Virus record (IMG/VR): IMGVR_UViG_3300037882_000231
Location: 699 to 64,698 of that record
Source of the DNA: a virus
Lineage: Duplodnaviria > Caudoviricetes
Strand: one strand, 5' to 3'
Length of the DNA stretch: 64,000 nucleotides
Positions 17,470 to 25,900 of the stretch are shown here, in pieces. The position numbers and the translations under genes were made by a program. The notes below the pieces were generated by a model. It ran no database searches, was not told the origin of the DNA, and worked only from the letters and a program-made list of their open reading frames with translations. Positions within the stretch are counted from its first letter, which is position 1; every line of letters starts with the position of its first letter.

Positions 17470-18598
17470 CTTCGTCGCCTCCTTCCTCTAGGTCATGGCG
17501 GTGAATCGCCATAGCGTGGTCAGCGTCATACTCAATAGCCTTTGACCAAGCAACCTGCGACATCATCGGCGGTGCCTTACGATCTGAGATATCATTCATT
17601 GTAGCAGAAACAACGTCAATGATGGGGATGCTATTCCTAAGAGCCATCTGCTTCAACTCCTTTGAGATAGCACGGTTGGACTCGGTAGGATTCTTTGATC
17701 GAGAATTGTCTGACATCAACTGGTGGTAGTCGATAATCACGAGGTCGGGGCGGTGCTGATCGATCTTTCCCTGAATATGGTTCGGAGTAACTTCCCCAAC
17801 GCCTTCGTTGGAAACCACGATAAACCCATTCTTATTTGAGAAATAGTCCTTTGACCACTGATCGTAGGTATCTAGGTTAGTCTGCCCTCTGGCAAACCCC
17901 TCCATGGAAAACAGGCCCTCACCCATCATGGTATAGATACGGTCACGCATAACCTCTGGTGACATTTCAAGGGATACGATCATGGGCTTAAAGCCACGCA
18001 GCCATGCCTGTACCGCCAGATATCCGGTGATCCAGGTCTTACCACGACCAGGCCAGCCGATCACACAGATAAGGTGACCAGGAGCCATGCCTGTAAGGTA
18101 GGAGGCGTCAATAGCCTTGAAACCTGTTGGGATGCCGTAGGAGCCTCCCATTTTATCCACGCGCTCCTTGACGGCCAGCATGTGCTCTCTGGCGGCAGCA
18201 GAGTCAGAGATATCAAGGTCACGGGCAACTGACGTTAGTTTAGACAACTTGCCTACGCGCTGGTGCAATTTCTCCAACGCAAACAGGCCAGAGCCATTCT
18301 TTAGATCGTCGGCCCCTGCCCTAATAACCTCTGCCAAAGCACGCTGAGCATAGGCATTACGCAATTCATCAATCGCGTAGCCAGTGGCGACCTCTGTGCG
18401 TTCGATCTCAACATTAGGAAACTTCTTCTCCACCTCTTCCACCGGGGGAACAGAGCGGTACTTAAAGTAGTAATCCTTAAGACCCTTCCACACATCCTCA
18501 TGGGAAACAAATAGGTCGTCAATGTTCGCTGTCAGCGCAGTAGGCATATCCTTGTTATGACATAGTGCGCCAATCAACTTTGACTCAGCGTTGCTCAA
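17363..18598 (-). CDS. dnaB: replicative DnaB-like helicase
   Basis: GIPTGF, GWPGRGKT, SLEM, IIDYHQLM, IEYDAD, KNRHG. Confidence 0.93.
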   Translation of the reverse strand: MSNAESKLIGALCHNKDMPTALTANIDDLFVSHEDVWKGLKDYYFKYRSVPPVEEVEKKFPNVEIERTEVATGYAIDELRNAYAQRALAEVIRAGADDLKNGSGLFALEKLHQRVGKLSKLTSVARDLDISDSAAAREHMLAVKERVDKMGGSYGIPTGFKAIDASYLTGMAPGHLICVIGWPGRGKTWITGYLAVQAWLRGFKPMIVSLEMSPEVMRDRIYTMMGEGLFSMEGFARGQTNLDTYDQWSKDYFSNKNGFIVVSNEGVGEVTPNHIQGKIDQHRPDLVIIDYHQLMSDNSRSKNPTESNRAISKELKQMALRNSIPIIDVVSATMNDISDRKAPPMMSQVAWSKAIEYDADHAMAIHRHDLEEGGDEDGLIEIVCRKNRHGTEYDFFVEADLGRGVIREQYS

Positions 18599-18908
18599 GA
18601 CGTTCCATCCTTTCTTTTGTTTCCCGACGAAGCCTAGCCCTGCGTGCAGCATCCTCGCGGGCCGTTGCTTCCATTTCGTCCAACCTGTCAAACGAGTTGT
18701 AGAACTCTTCAAACGTGTGCTTCGCGTCACAGGTCATGTAATAGTCGATTAGGTCCTTAGCCTTAGTGTACCCTACCGAATCGATTACGTCAACCATTCC
18801 CCACTTAACCTTGTAGCGGTTAATGGTTCCAATGTTGAAGCCGTTAGCCTTCTTGTACGCATCGATGAAGTAGGTAACCAGGGCTTGCGCCTGCTGGTTC
18901 TTGTTCAT
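18585..18908 (-). CDS. hypothetical protein (possible helicase loader)
   Basis: 107-aa ORF immediately upstream of dnaB. Confidence 0.7.
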   Translation of the reverse strand: MNKNQQAQALVTYFIDAYKKANGFNIGTINRYKVKWGMVDVIDSVGYTKAKDLIDYYMTCDAKHTFEEFYNSFDRLDEMEATAREDAARRARLRRETKERMERLEQR

Positions 18909-19135
18909 CGCGCCTTTAGAATCTCTTTCATGCGCTTGCCCAGGTGCTCGTCACACTTTGCATAGGCACGATCCAGCGCAGAGTCCACCGTTTCACCGGC
19001 ATTAACGTCAGTCTCAATCTCAAAATCGAGAGTGACGTTCTCAAAGTTGCCCAGGTTCTTCAAGAACTTAATCGACACCTTCACACGAGTAGGCGTTGAT
19101 GACTTCCTTGACTGTGGCTTTTCTAGTTCACTCAT
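18905..19135 (-). CDS. hypothetical protein
   Basis: NLGNFEN motif seen in small phage proteins; coupled ORF. Confidence 0.75.
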   Translation of the reverse strand: MSELEKPQSRKSSTPTRVKVSIKFLKNLGNFENVTLDFEIETDVNAGETVDSALDRAYAKCDEHLGKRMKEILKAR

Positions 19136-19443
19136 TAGTCCTGTTCCTCCTTAGGCTTAAATCCGATACGCGGCAAACGGTGCTTCATCGAGTCAGCACA
19201 CTCAGCCAGCGTTGACCATTCCTTGGCGATGTTAAGCAGCGAGTTAGAATCCATATCAGCAGACGCGACGTTCATCGCTTCCTGCAAAGTCTCCGCTGCC
19301 ATTTCTAGGTACGCCTCCGTAGAGTTGAGATTAACACGATCCCACTCCTGAGGCTTTCTGGTCGGCTGAGGAGGATGGACAGGCCTCTCGATGGCCGTCT
19401 TATCCTTCTTAAATAATCTCAATAGTCCTCCACCTCTCTCCAT
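19135..19443 (-). CDS. hypothetical protein
   Basis: 102-aa coupled ORF. Confidence 0.65.
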   Translation of the reverse strand: MERGGGLLRLFKKDKTAIERPVHPPQPTRKPQEWDRVNLNSTEAYLEMAAETLQEAMNVASADMDSNSLLNIAKEWSTLAECADSMKHRLPRIGFKPKEEQD

Positions 19444-20009
19444 ACAGGCTTAAACTCTCCGTCCTCGCCCTGAACATACAACAGTGTACCATCGTTCATC
19501 ATGGTTCGCAAGTCGTTCCTAGAGGGCGTGGGCCCCGGTGTGATGAGTCCATCCTTGCGCTTAAATCCCCAATGTACGTTGGCGTAATACTCTTGAACCT
19601 CCAAGACATCATCCTCAGAGAAGTAATAGGTGTAGCGGTCAGGGTTCTTTAGGCTGTAAGCCTTCTGCGGCTTCCTAATCTCACCCCTACGCATACAGTC
19701 TGCAATCCACTTTTTGTGACGTTGCACCATGTTGGCTACATCCTGCATCCCGTAGGCTTTTCTATGGTTTTTCTTTAGCCAAACCCACGGGTATTGTCGA
19801 TAGTCACCCTCTGTAAAGCAGAAGGTTGTGGCAACATCCGCTGGGCGGTTCACATGAATGATCTTGTGAAGTTTGCCGTCCAGGTAAAAGTACCTCAACT
19901 TCTTCGGGTTCTTACGGTGCCAGGTTGTAGAATCTGGCTTATTTGCTAAGTCCCGGTTTGAGTGTCGAGTGAACTTTTTCGACCCGTCAGGATTGTACGG
20001 CTTAGGCAT
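19419..20009 (-). CDS. helix-turn-helix DNA-binding protein (MerR/excisionase-like)
   Basis: AYGMQDVANMVQRH..WI......G.I..P...YYFSEDDV. Confidence 0.75.
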   Translation of the reverse strand: MPKPYNPDGSKKFTRHSNRDLANKPDSTTWHRKNPKKLRYFYLDGKLHKIIHVNRPADVATTFCFTEGDYRQYPWVWLKKNHRKAYGMQDVANMVQRHKKWIADCMRRGEIRKPQKAYSLKNPDRYTYYFSEDDVLEVQEYYANVHWGFKRKDGLITPGPTPSRNDLRTMMNDGTLLYVQGEDGEFKPVWREVEDY

Positions 20010-20173
20010 TACACAACCCTAGTAGCCCTCTTCAAAAGGAGCGCAGCATAACGGTTGGTCTTAGCATCACAGAACTTGCGCCACCCGCACATCAAACAAG
20101 CGAGATCAAAGCGCGTTCCGTCAACTGTGCTCTTGTCAAGGTATACGTTTCCTCGGCATCGCTTACAGTACAT
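20009..20173 (-). CDS. small zinc-finger protein (54 aa, below cutoff)
   Basis: MYCKRCRGNVYLD...LACLMCGWR; GGAGG RBS; TAATG coupling to the next gene. Confidence 0.8.
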   Translation of the reverse strand: MYCKRCRGNVYLDKSTVDGTRFDLACLMCGWRKFCDAKTNRYAALLLKRATRVV

Positions 20174-20559
20174 TCGTACCTCCTAAGATATTGCTCTGCC
20201 ACTTCCAGCATCGCTAGGTTGTCATCAATGAGGCCGAGCCACCAGTTGCATGTGTCACACAGGATGCCCCTGATGCACTTGCCGCAAGTCTTTTCCCCTG
20301 GACAGCAGCCGTGGTCGTGATCGACCGCAAGCCGCTTGTCGCCAGGTGGTGTCTTGCAGATGGCACAGACCCCGCCTTGAGCCTCAAGTATAGCATAGTA
20401 CCCCTCAGGTGTCAAGGCGTACCTTTGGCGTAGTTTCTTGGCGAAGTGACACGTTTTGCACCAAGTGTCCAATCCGTCCTTGCTCTTGTTAGACGGGTAG
20501 AACTCTTCTAGGCTCTGTGTCACATCGCACTTGTTACAGGTACGCCAGTGGGTGATCAT
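20092..20559 (-). CDS. endonuclease VII-family nuclease (homing endonuclease-like)
   Basis: N-terminal CxxC...CxxC, QGGVCAIC, LAVDHDH, RGILC..CN..LG. Confidence 0.9.
   Translation of the reverse strand: MITHWRTCNKCDVTQSLEEFYPSNKSKDGLDTWCKTCHFAKKLRQRYALTPEGYYAILEAQGGVCAICKTPPGDKRLAVDHDHGCCPGEKTCGKCIRGILCDTCNWWLGLIDDNLAMLEVAEQYLRRYECTVSDAEETYTLTRAQLTERALISLV
20387..20415 (-). promoter_or_regulatory. internal sigma70-type promoter within the endo VII gene
   Basis: TTGACA-17 bp-TATACT with extended TG. Confidence 0.7.
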
Positions 20560-20696
20560 CGCCTGATCCTAAGATCAACAGTTTCGGCGCTGATCCAGTG
20601 CTGATGTTTCTCGTTAGGGTGAGTTAGATAAACCTCACATTGGTAACCGCCGCTCTCACGAGCGCGGCAACGAACGAACATCGGCAGGGTTTTCAT
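20556..20696 (-). CDS. small hypothetical protein (46 aa)
   Basis: MKTLPMFVRCRARESGGYQCEVYLTHPNEKHQHW...; ATGA coupling at both ends. Confidence 0.6.
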   Translation of the reverse strand: MKTLPMFVRCRARESGGYQCEVYLTHPNEKHQHWISAETVDLRIRR

Positions 20697-21442
20697 GCGC
20701 TGAACTTCTTTCCTGCCACCCAACAGGTGTAGTCCTTAATCTGGACCTCCTGAATCTGGTGCTGGCCGTCCTGAACGTAGCCATAGCCAAAGCCCTGCTG
20801 CCAGTTACGCACCAGCGAATAGTCTGCCTTCTTCACATCCATAAGGTGTCCAATCTCAAAACCTTCTAGAACCTTGCCAGGAATCTCCCAGGTCTTACGG
20901 TATGAGCCTACACGGTGAGAGTGACCACGGATCAAGGAGACGCCAAACGATTCCATATCTGCCTGCACCGAGCCGCCAGCGTGCTTGCTAACCGCTACGC
21001 CGTGGTGGATATACATATCATTGAATCGGTTATACGGCAAGTCCGAATAGTAGTGCCACTGAATACCAAGGTTCTCGTAACCGTAGAGAAGATCAGGTGT
21101 GATCTGGTCAAGGAACTGCGGGGCATTCTTTAGCAGGTAGTCCTTGTGTCGAGTCCATCCATGATTTCCGTCATACAGGTGTACGTCTGCCTTCTTTACC
21201 GTCGTGCGAACATCGGTCAGGAACTGCTTGGTCGCAGATGCGCCACCTTCGTTCACTGAAACATTCTGCTCAGGGCCAACAGCCCAACGGCTCGTAGAGT
21301 CGGCGTCGTCGATGTCGCCAACAATATCAACCAAATCGGGCTTGAACCACTTTAGCACATCTAGCCAAAGCGTCACAGCCCTCTGGTCATGTAGCGGAAA
21401 CTGAATATCGCTACACGCGAGGTACTTCAATTCGTTAGTCAA
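20693..21442 (-). CDS. calcineurin-like metallophosphoesterase
   Basis: SDIQ, GDIDD, GNH, HHG, GHSH motifs. Confidence 0.88.
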   Translation of the reverse strand: MTNELKYLACSDIQFPLHDQRAVTLWLDVLKWFKPDLVDIVGDIDDADSTSRWAVGPEQNVSVNEGGASATKQFLTDVRTTVKKADVHLYDGNHGWTRHKDYLLKNAPQFLDQITPDLLYGYENLGIQWHYYSDLPYNRFNDMYIHHGVAVSKHAGGSVQADMESFGVSLIRGHSHRVGSYRKTWEIPGKVLEGFEIGHLMDVKKADYSLVRNWQQGFGYGYVQDGQHQIQEVQIKDYTCWVAGKKFSA

Positions 21443-21471
21443 GTTGTTCTCCTTTAGTTAGACGCAGAGCA

Positions 21472-21500
21472 ATCGTACCATACCTGGCGCTGTATGTCAA
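21472..21500 (-). promoter_or_regulatory. sigma70-type promoter
   Basis: TTGACA-17 bp-TACGAT with extended TG. Confidence 0.75.
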
Positions 21501-21892
21501 GCAGCCATTCTACGGCATCCTGCGTGGCAGAACCTTCGACGCTTGATGGCGTGGGGCTTCCCATAGAACACCTTACCACAGCCTTCACACGCCTTGCCCT
21601 TCTGCGAGTTGTTCATCTTCCTGTGCGATACGCTTGCCATGTTGTGAGCGTGGTCGTGCCACGATCTGTCGCACACAAAAAGATTCTCTATGTCGTTGTC
21701 GCACTTTATTTCATTGATGTGGTGGACAGTCTCCCAGGGCCTTAAAAGTCCATACTCACTCTCTGCGACCAGGGTGTGCTCATACACCCATCCATTGCGG
21801 GAGCGAGGGTGCTCAGGAACCTCGATGAGAACGTATCCATTTGTAGCCATACGTCTCTCGCGCTTGCGCCAAGACGTAATGGGAAAGTACAT
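21497..21892 (-). CDS. HNH endonuclease
   Basis: GYV....PEHP....GWVYEH.LVAE...E.VHHINE.K.DN..ENL plus C-terminal zinc ribbon; TAATG coupling at 21892. Confidence 0.88.
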   Translation of the reverse strand: MYFPITSWRKRERRMATNGYVLIEVPEHPRSRNGWVYEHTLVAESEYGLLRPWETVHHINEIKCDNDIENLFVCDRSWHDHAHNMASVSHRKMNNSQKGKACEGCGKVFYGKPHAIKRRRFCHAGCRRMAA

Positions 21893-22323
21893 TAGATGTT
21901 GGCGATTGGCCCAATCCCAATAACGTTGGCGTGCAGAGTCTGCGGCCACCCATACTGAGGGTTAATCTTGTTAACCCTGAGGTCAAACTTGGTTGCTCCC
22001 AGATCGACGAAATAAGGCACTACGACTGATGCGCCGTTACTGAACATTGTCACAGTAGCCACAGGGGTAGTAGTGAATGGCTTAGGCCAAGGGGTGTCAT
22101 TAGTTACCCAAGAGTCACCAGTTGGGTCATACACATCAATCCTTACAGCCTGAATGCCAATAAGGTCATCCCTGGAATTGAATCCACCAGAACGGTTCTT
22201 TAGATACACCTGTAGGTTATTGCCGTCCTCGACGGCATTAATAGCCTTGATCAGATTATTGAGTTTGGTACGAGTAATAGACTCACCAACCCCAAATTCA
22301 GGAACTGCCAATTTCTTCTCCAT
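21892..22323 (-). CDS. hypothetical protein (H-type-lectin/fibre-like C-terminus)
   Basis: W.KPFTTTPVATVT...NVIGIG. Confidence 0.65.
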   Translation of the reverse strand: MEKKLAVPEFGVGESITRTKLNNLIKAINAVEDGNNLQVYLKNRSGGFNSRDDLIGIQAVRIDVYDPTGDSWVTNDTPWPKPFTTTPVATVTMFSNGASVVVPYFVDLGATKFDLRVNKINPQYGWPQTLHANVIGIGPIANI

Positions 22324-22690
22324 CCATGTGTAGTTCTATCGCCCAAGAGGGGACTGTGATCACCGACTGCTCGCCGCCGAGTTGAGCGAGAGCACCAGGA
22401 TCTGCGATAAGCCTCTTCTTCGAATCCGATATCAAGTATATTCTACCACCTACGAAGTCCTTGACAAGCGTACCGTCCCTGAATCCCAACTTGCCCTTGA
22501 TAGGGAGATCCTTTAGGGCCAAGGGGAGAACAGGGAGGGCCTCGGCATTCCAAGAAGGGAAGTGAATCTCAGACACCTCAAATAGCCCACCGGCCTTAGA
22601 GAAGAAGATCTTCATAGCAGGAGTCCTTACGAACAATCCTGATGGTGGTATTAAATCTAGTCTAGTATTTTTTGATTTCTTCTTAAACAT
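22298..22690 (-). CDS. hypothetical protein
   Basis: GKLGFRDGTLVKD...IYLISDSKKR. Confidence 0.75.
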   Translation of the reverse strand: MFKKKSKNTRLDLIPPSGLFVRTPAMKIFFSKAGGLFEVSEIHFPSWNAEALPVLPLALKDLPIKGKLGFRDGTLVKDFVGGRIYLISDSKKRLIADPGALAQLGGEQSVITVPSWAIELHMDGEEIGSS

Positions 22691-22730
22691 AGGTAAACTT
22701 TCCTAAACTCTAGTGAACTTCTCTTGAACT
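22684..22730. repeat. five helically phased TRAAC(T/A) direct repeats
   Basis: TRAAC at 22684, 22694, 22704, 22714, 22725 in an AT-rich tract. Confidence 0.65.
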
Positions 22731-22736
22731 AATAAG

Positions 22737-22765
22737 ATTGTAGCAGGGTTATTCTGGGTTGTCAA
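22737..22765 (-). promoter_or_regulatory. sigma70-type promoter heading the replication block
   Basis: TTGACA-17 bp-TACAAT with extended TG. Confidence 0.85.
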
Positions 22766-22919
22766 GTTGTTCTGCCGTGAGTTCTGAGAACTTTTGGCTC
22801 TGAATCTCGGCAATCGTCTCCCGCAGTTCATCGACTTCCGCCCGAAGCGCAGCGTTATCGTAGATCAGATCGTTAATCTGCGCCCTAAGGTGCTTGATTA
22901 CGTTAGTTGCTTTAGCCAT
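22749..22919 (-). CDS. small coiled-coil protein (56 aa, probably leaderless)
   Basis: MAKATNVIKHLRAQINDLIYDNAALRAEVDELRE...; 6 nt between TGATAGGAT and the ATG. Confidence 0.7.
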   Translation of the reverse strand: MAKATNVIKHLRAQINDLIYDNAALRAEVDELRETIAEIQSQKFSELTAEQLDNPE

Positions 22920-22936
22920 AGAACAATCCTATCATA

Positions 22937-25900
22937 CTAAGAGGTTTTCCATCTCATGCCGTTAAGTGAAACCCAGTCTCCAGAGTCTCCACCAACGGTG
23001 AGATAACTGTTTCTTCTGACCATGGACGCCGCAGTATTCGCCGCAGAGGCGGTTAGTCCAGTATTGGTAGGGATGAATGAGGGGTGCATAAAGGTGATGA
23101 GCCCTGTTGTGGTTATCCTGAGGTGAGCAAAGTGAAGGAAGCCACTCAATCTAACCGGAACTATGCAGATAGCCGACTGCTTAGGCCACGCGAACTTAGA
23201 CTCAATTACACCAATCTGATTTTCCGACACCGGATCGGGCGGCTCAAGATTAGCCCTCGCTAGGAGTCCAGACATTGACCACCAACCATCAACTTCTTGA
23301 TGAACGTTAAGACCGCCAAACCCATCATATACCGTCCATCCAGAGTGAAGGTTGACCTGAACAACCTGACCATAGTTTCCTGATAGTACCACCTCACCAG
23401 CCGTCAAGATGATTCTACTGGTGGATGCAATAGATGCCTCTGATGCGTCTGGAATGTCACCACCGTATGCCGCGTCGTTTTCAGTGACCATTCCGGCCCT
23501 GTTGGTGTTGATAGCAAAGCCACTCTGACCAGAAGTTTTTCTCACTGTTCCAGGCTCCATGGTGATAGAGGCCGGAACCCTTTCTAGGATTGACGTTGGG
23601 GAGGCAATCTCGATCTGCGGCTTCTCCTGGTCATAAATGTATACAACACCTACCCCTGGATTGTCAAACATCTTTGAGTCAACGTACAGGTTTCTGCTTG
23701 TTGTGTCCCAACCATTGATCTCGGCTTTTACCACAACTAAAGTAAACTTTTCTGTAGATAGGTGCTCAGGATATCCATTGGCTGTACTGTACTTTGAGTC
23801 CACATACAGCACCTCCTTGGTCCTAGCGGTCAGTGATGCATGTGTGCTAGTGGGGTCAATTGACGAATTGCCAATACCACGGATCATAGAATACTGATTG
23901 ATGGTGTCTGGATTTGACTGGATCGCAATCATGTCACCTACACTGAATTCATCTTGTGCGGTGTCTGTTCCAATGTCAATGTACATGAAGTGTCTATTAA
24001 GAACAGCGCCAGATACATACGAGTCACCAGATGGAATATGAGATGAATCAAACTGGAACTGGGTACCAGATAGAACCCTACTCACAACAATTCTACCGTT
24101 AAATGACCCGACAGTAGACCCAGTAATGTAAAGTGACATGCCTGGATAAACACGAGTATCGTTGCTTGTTTGGATATCAGTTGACATCGTTATAGTTCTG
24201 GTAGTGGTACCGCTTGAAATGCTAACCACGCTAGCAGAAGGCGTTGTTAGTGTGTAGTTTACAGCACCGCTAACTGTCGGCCACGGTAGGTTCGCCTCGG
24301 GCAGAGCCCACCTTCTAGGCCTGCTATCAGAGGCAAGTGCATGGCCCTCTCCACCAAGCACCCAAAATTCCCTATCGGACTTGACCCTCAATCTTGGGAA
24401 TGAGTAGTTGAACGTACCAGACTTGGTTTTGATTTCAACCCTCTCACCATTTTTAAGGCCATGGGGAATTGGTGTGTAGAACGCTTGCGTCACTGGCTCA
24501 GTGCCTGTATCTATGGAGTCTGTAGCATCTGTAGTTGTTACATTCAAGAAGTAGTTGCCGATCCTTCTATAGTTGTTTCCACTAATACTTGCCGTCCTAA
24601 CCCTGTGGATAGGAATGACTCTTTCGACTGTGTTAGACACATCAGGAGTTGAAGCAGTAGAGAAGTTTACGGCTGTTGTTTGCGTGTTTGGAGTGCAGGT
24701 AAACGTATTATTCAAAGAATCAATGGCTGTTACGGGAACAGGCTCAAGCGTAACTGTACCCACAGCACCACTAGAAATGTTTTGGGCTACAATCTCTACA
24801 TAGTCCCCAACCGCCAGCCCGTGCTTTTCTACTGTTGTAAACAGGACAGGTGAGGTTCCAGCCGTTCTGGACGCTGCTGAGATTGTGGACCTCTTCCTAC
24901 GCTGAGTCTTTACACCAGAAATTGTTGCTGGTGACTCTGACGTATCCTCAGAACCAGATGGAATCGCAATGTACGCACTTCCGGCGCTCTCCTCGATGAC
25001 AACACCTGGAGTTACAAGTTCTATTCTTGCAGAAGAGATGTCAGCCGCTGCTGTAGATGCCGGGGAGGTGTAGAAACTGCCCTGCGCGCCACCAGTAACT
25101 CCTGCTCCGATGGCAGATGTGTAGACAACGGTGTTGAGGGTAGTCGAGTAAACAACAGCAGTCTCATTTAGACCACTTGTGCCGGTGATAGTAATAGTCT
25201 GACCTGGCATACATTCGGCCATAACTCCAGACCAGCCAGTAACCGTTACTGTCCTTCTGCCGGATGACAAATCAGAAATCGATGTGACAGGAAAGGCCAC
25301 AGGAACATTATTGTTCTTAACTGTTACCGTAGTATCGGTAACATTAACAACCCTGAATGTTCCGTTAGAGAATGACGCCTTTGCCGAAACAGTTGTCGGA
25401 ACCGTTGGCCTAATGGTGTATAGAGACTCTACGTCAGACAGGAAGGAAAGGAATCTTGGGTTATAGCCAGTATCAGGAATGTAGACAAAACCACTACTTG
25501 CATAGCGCGTTGACTGTGCGGTAATGGATGTAGTTGGAGAGATACTAGACCTAACAGCAGAGTCATTCTCATACGACATGCCAAGCGTCCCTGGCACGCC
25601 CGCTTCCGTAACGCTCTGGAAGGTGTCTGGGCCAGCCCCACCAAAGACTGAATTTCTGTACTTAAGACTAGATACAAGGCCGTTCTCAATATTTGTACTA
25701 CCATCTCCTGGTACGAATGGATGCGGGTCTCCAAATGCAAACCTCCAGTGGTTATACTTTAGTACACCGCTTGTTGCACCAGTTGGCATGTTTCCGGTAC
25801 CAACCCTTTTACACCTAAACGTCTTTGAACTTACAACGGTAGTAACCTTGTGGAATGGGTTAGAAAAGTTTGTTACTGAATAAGGAGTTATAGCAGCGGC

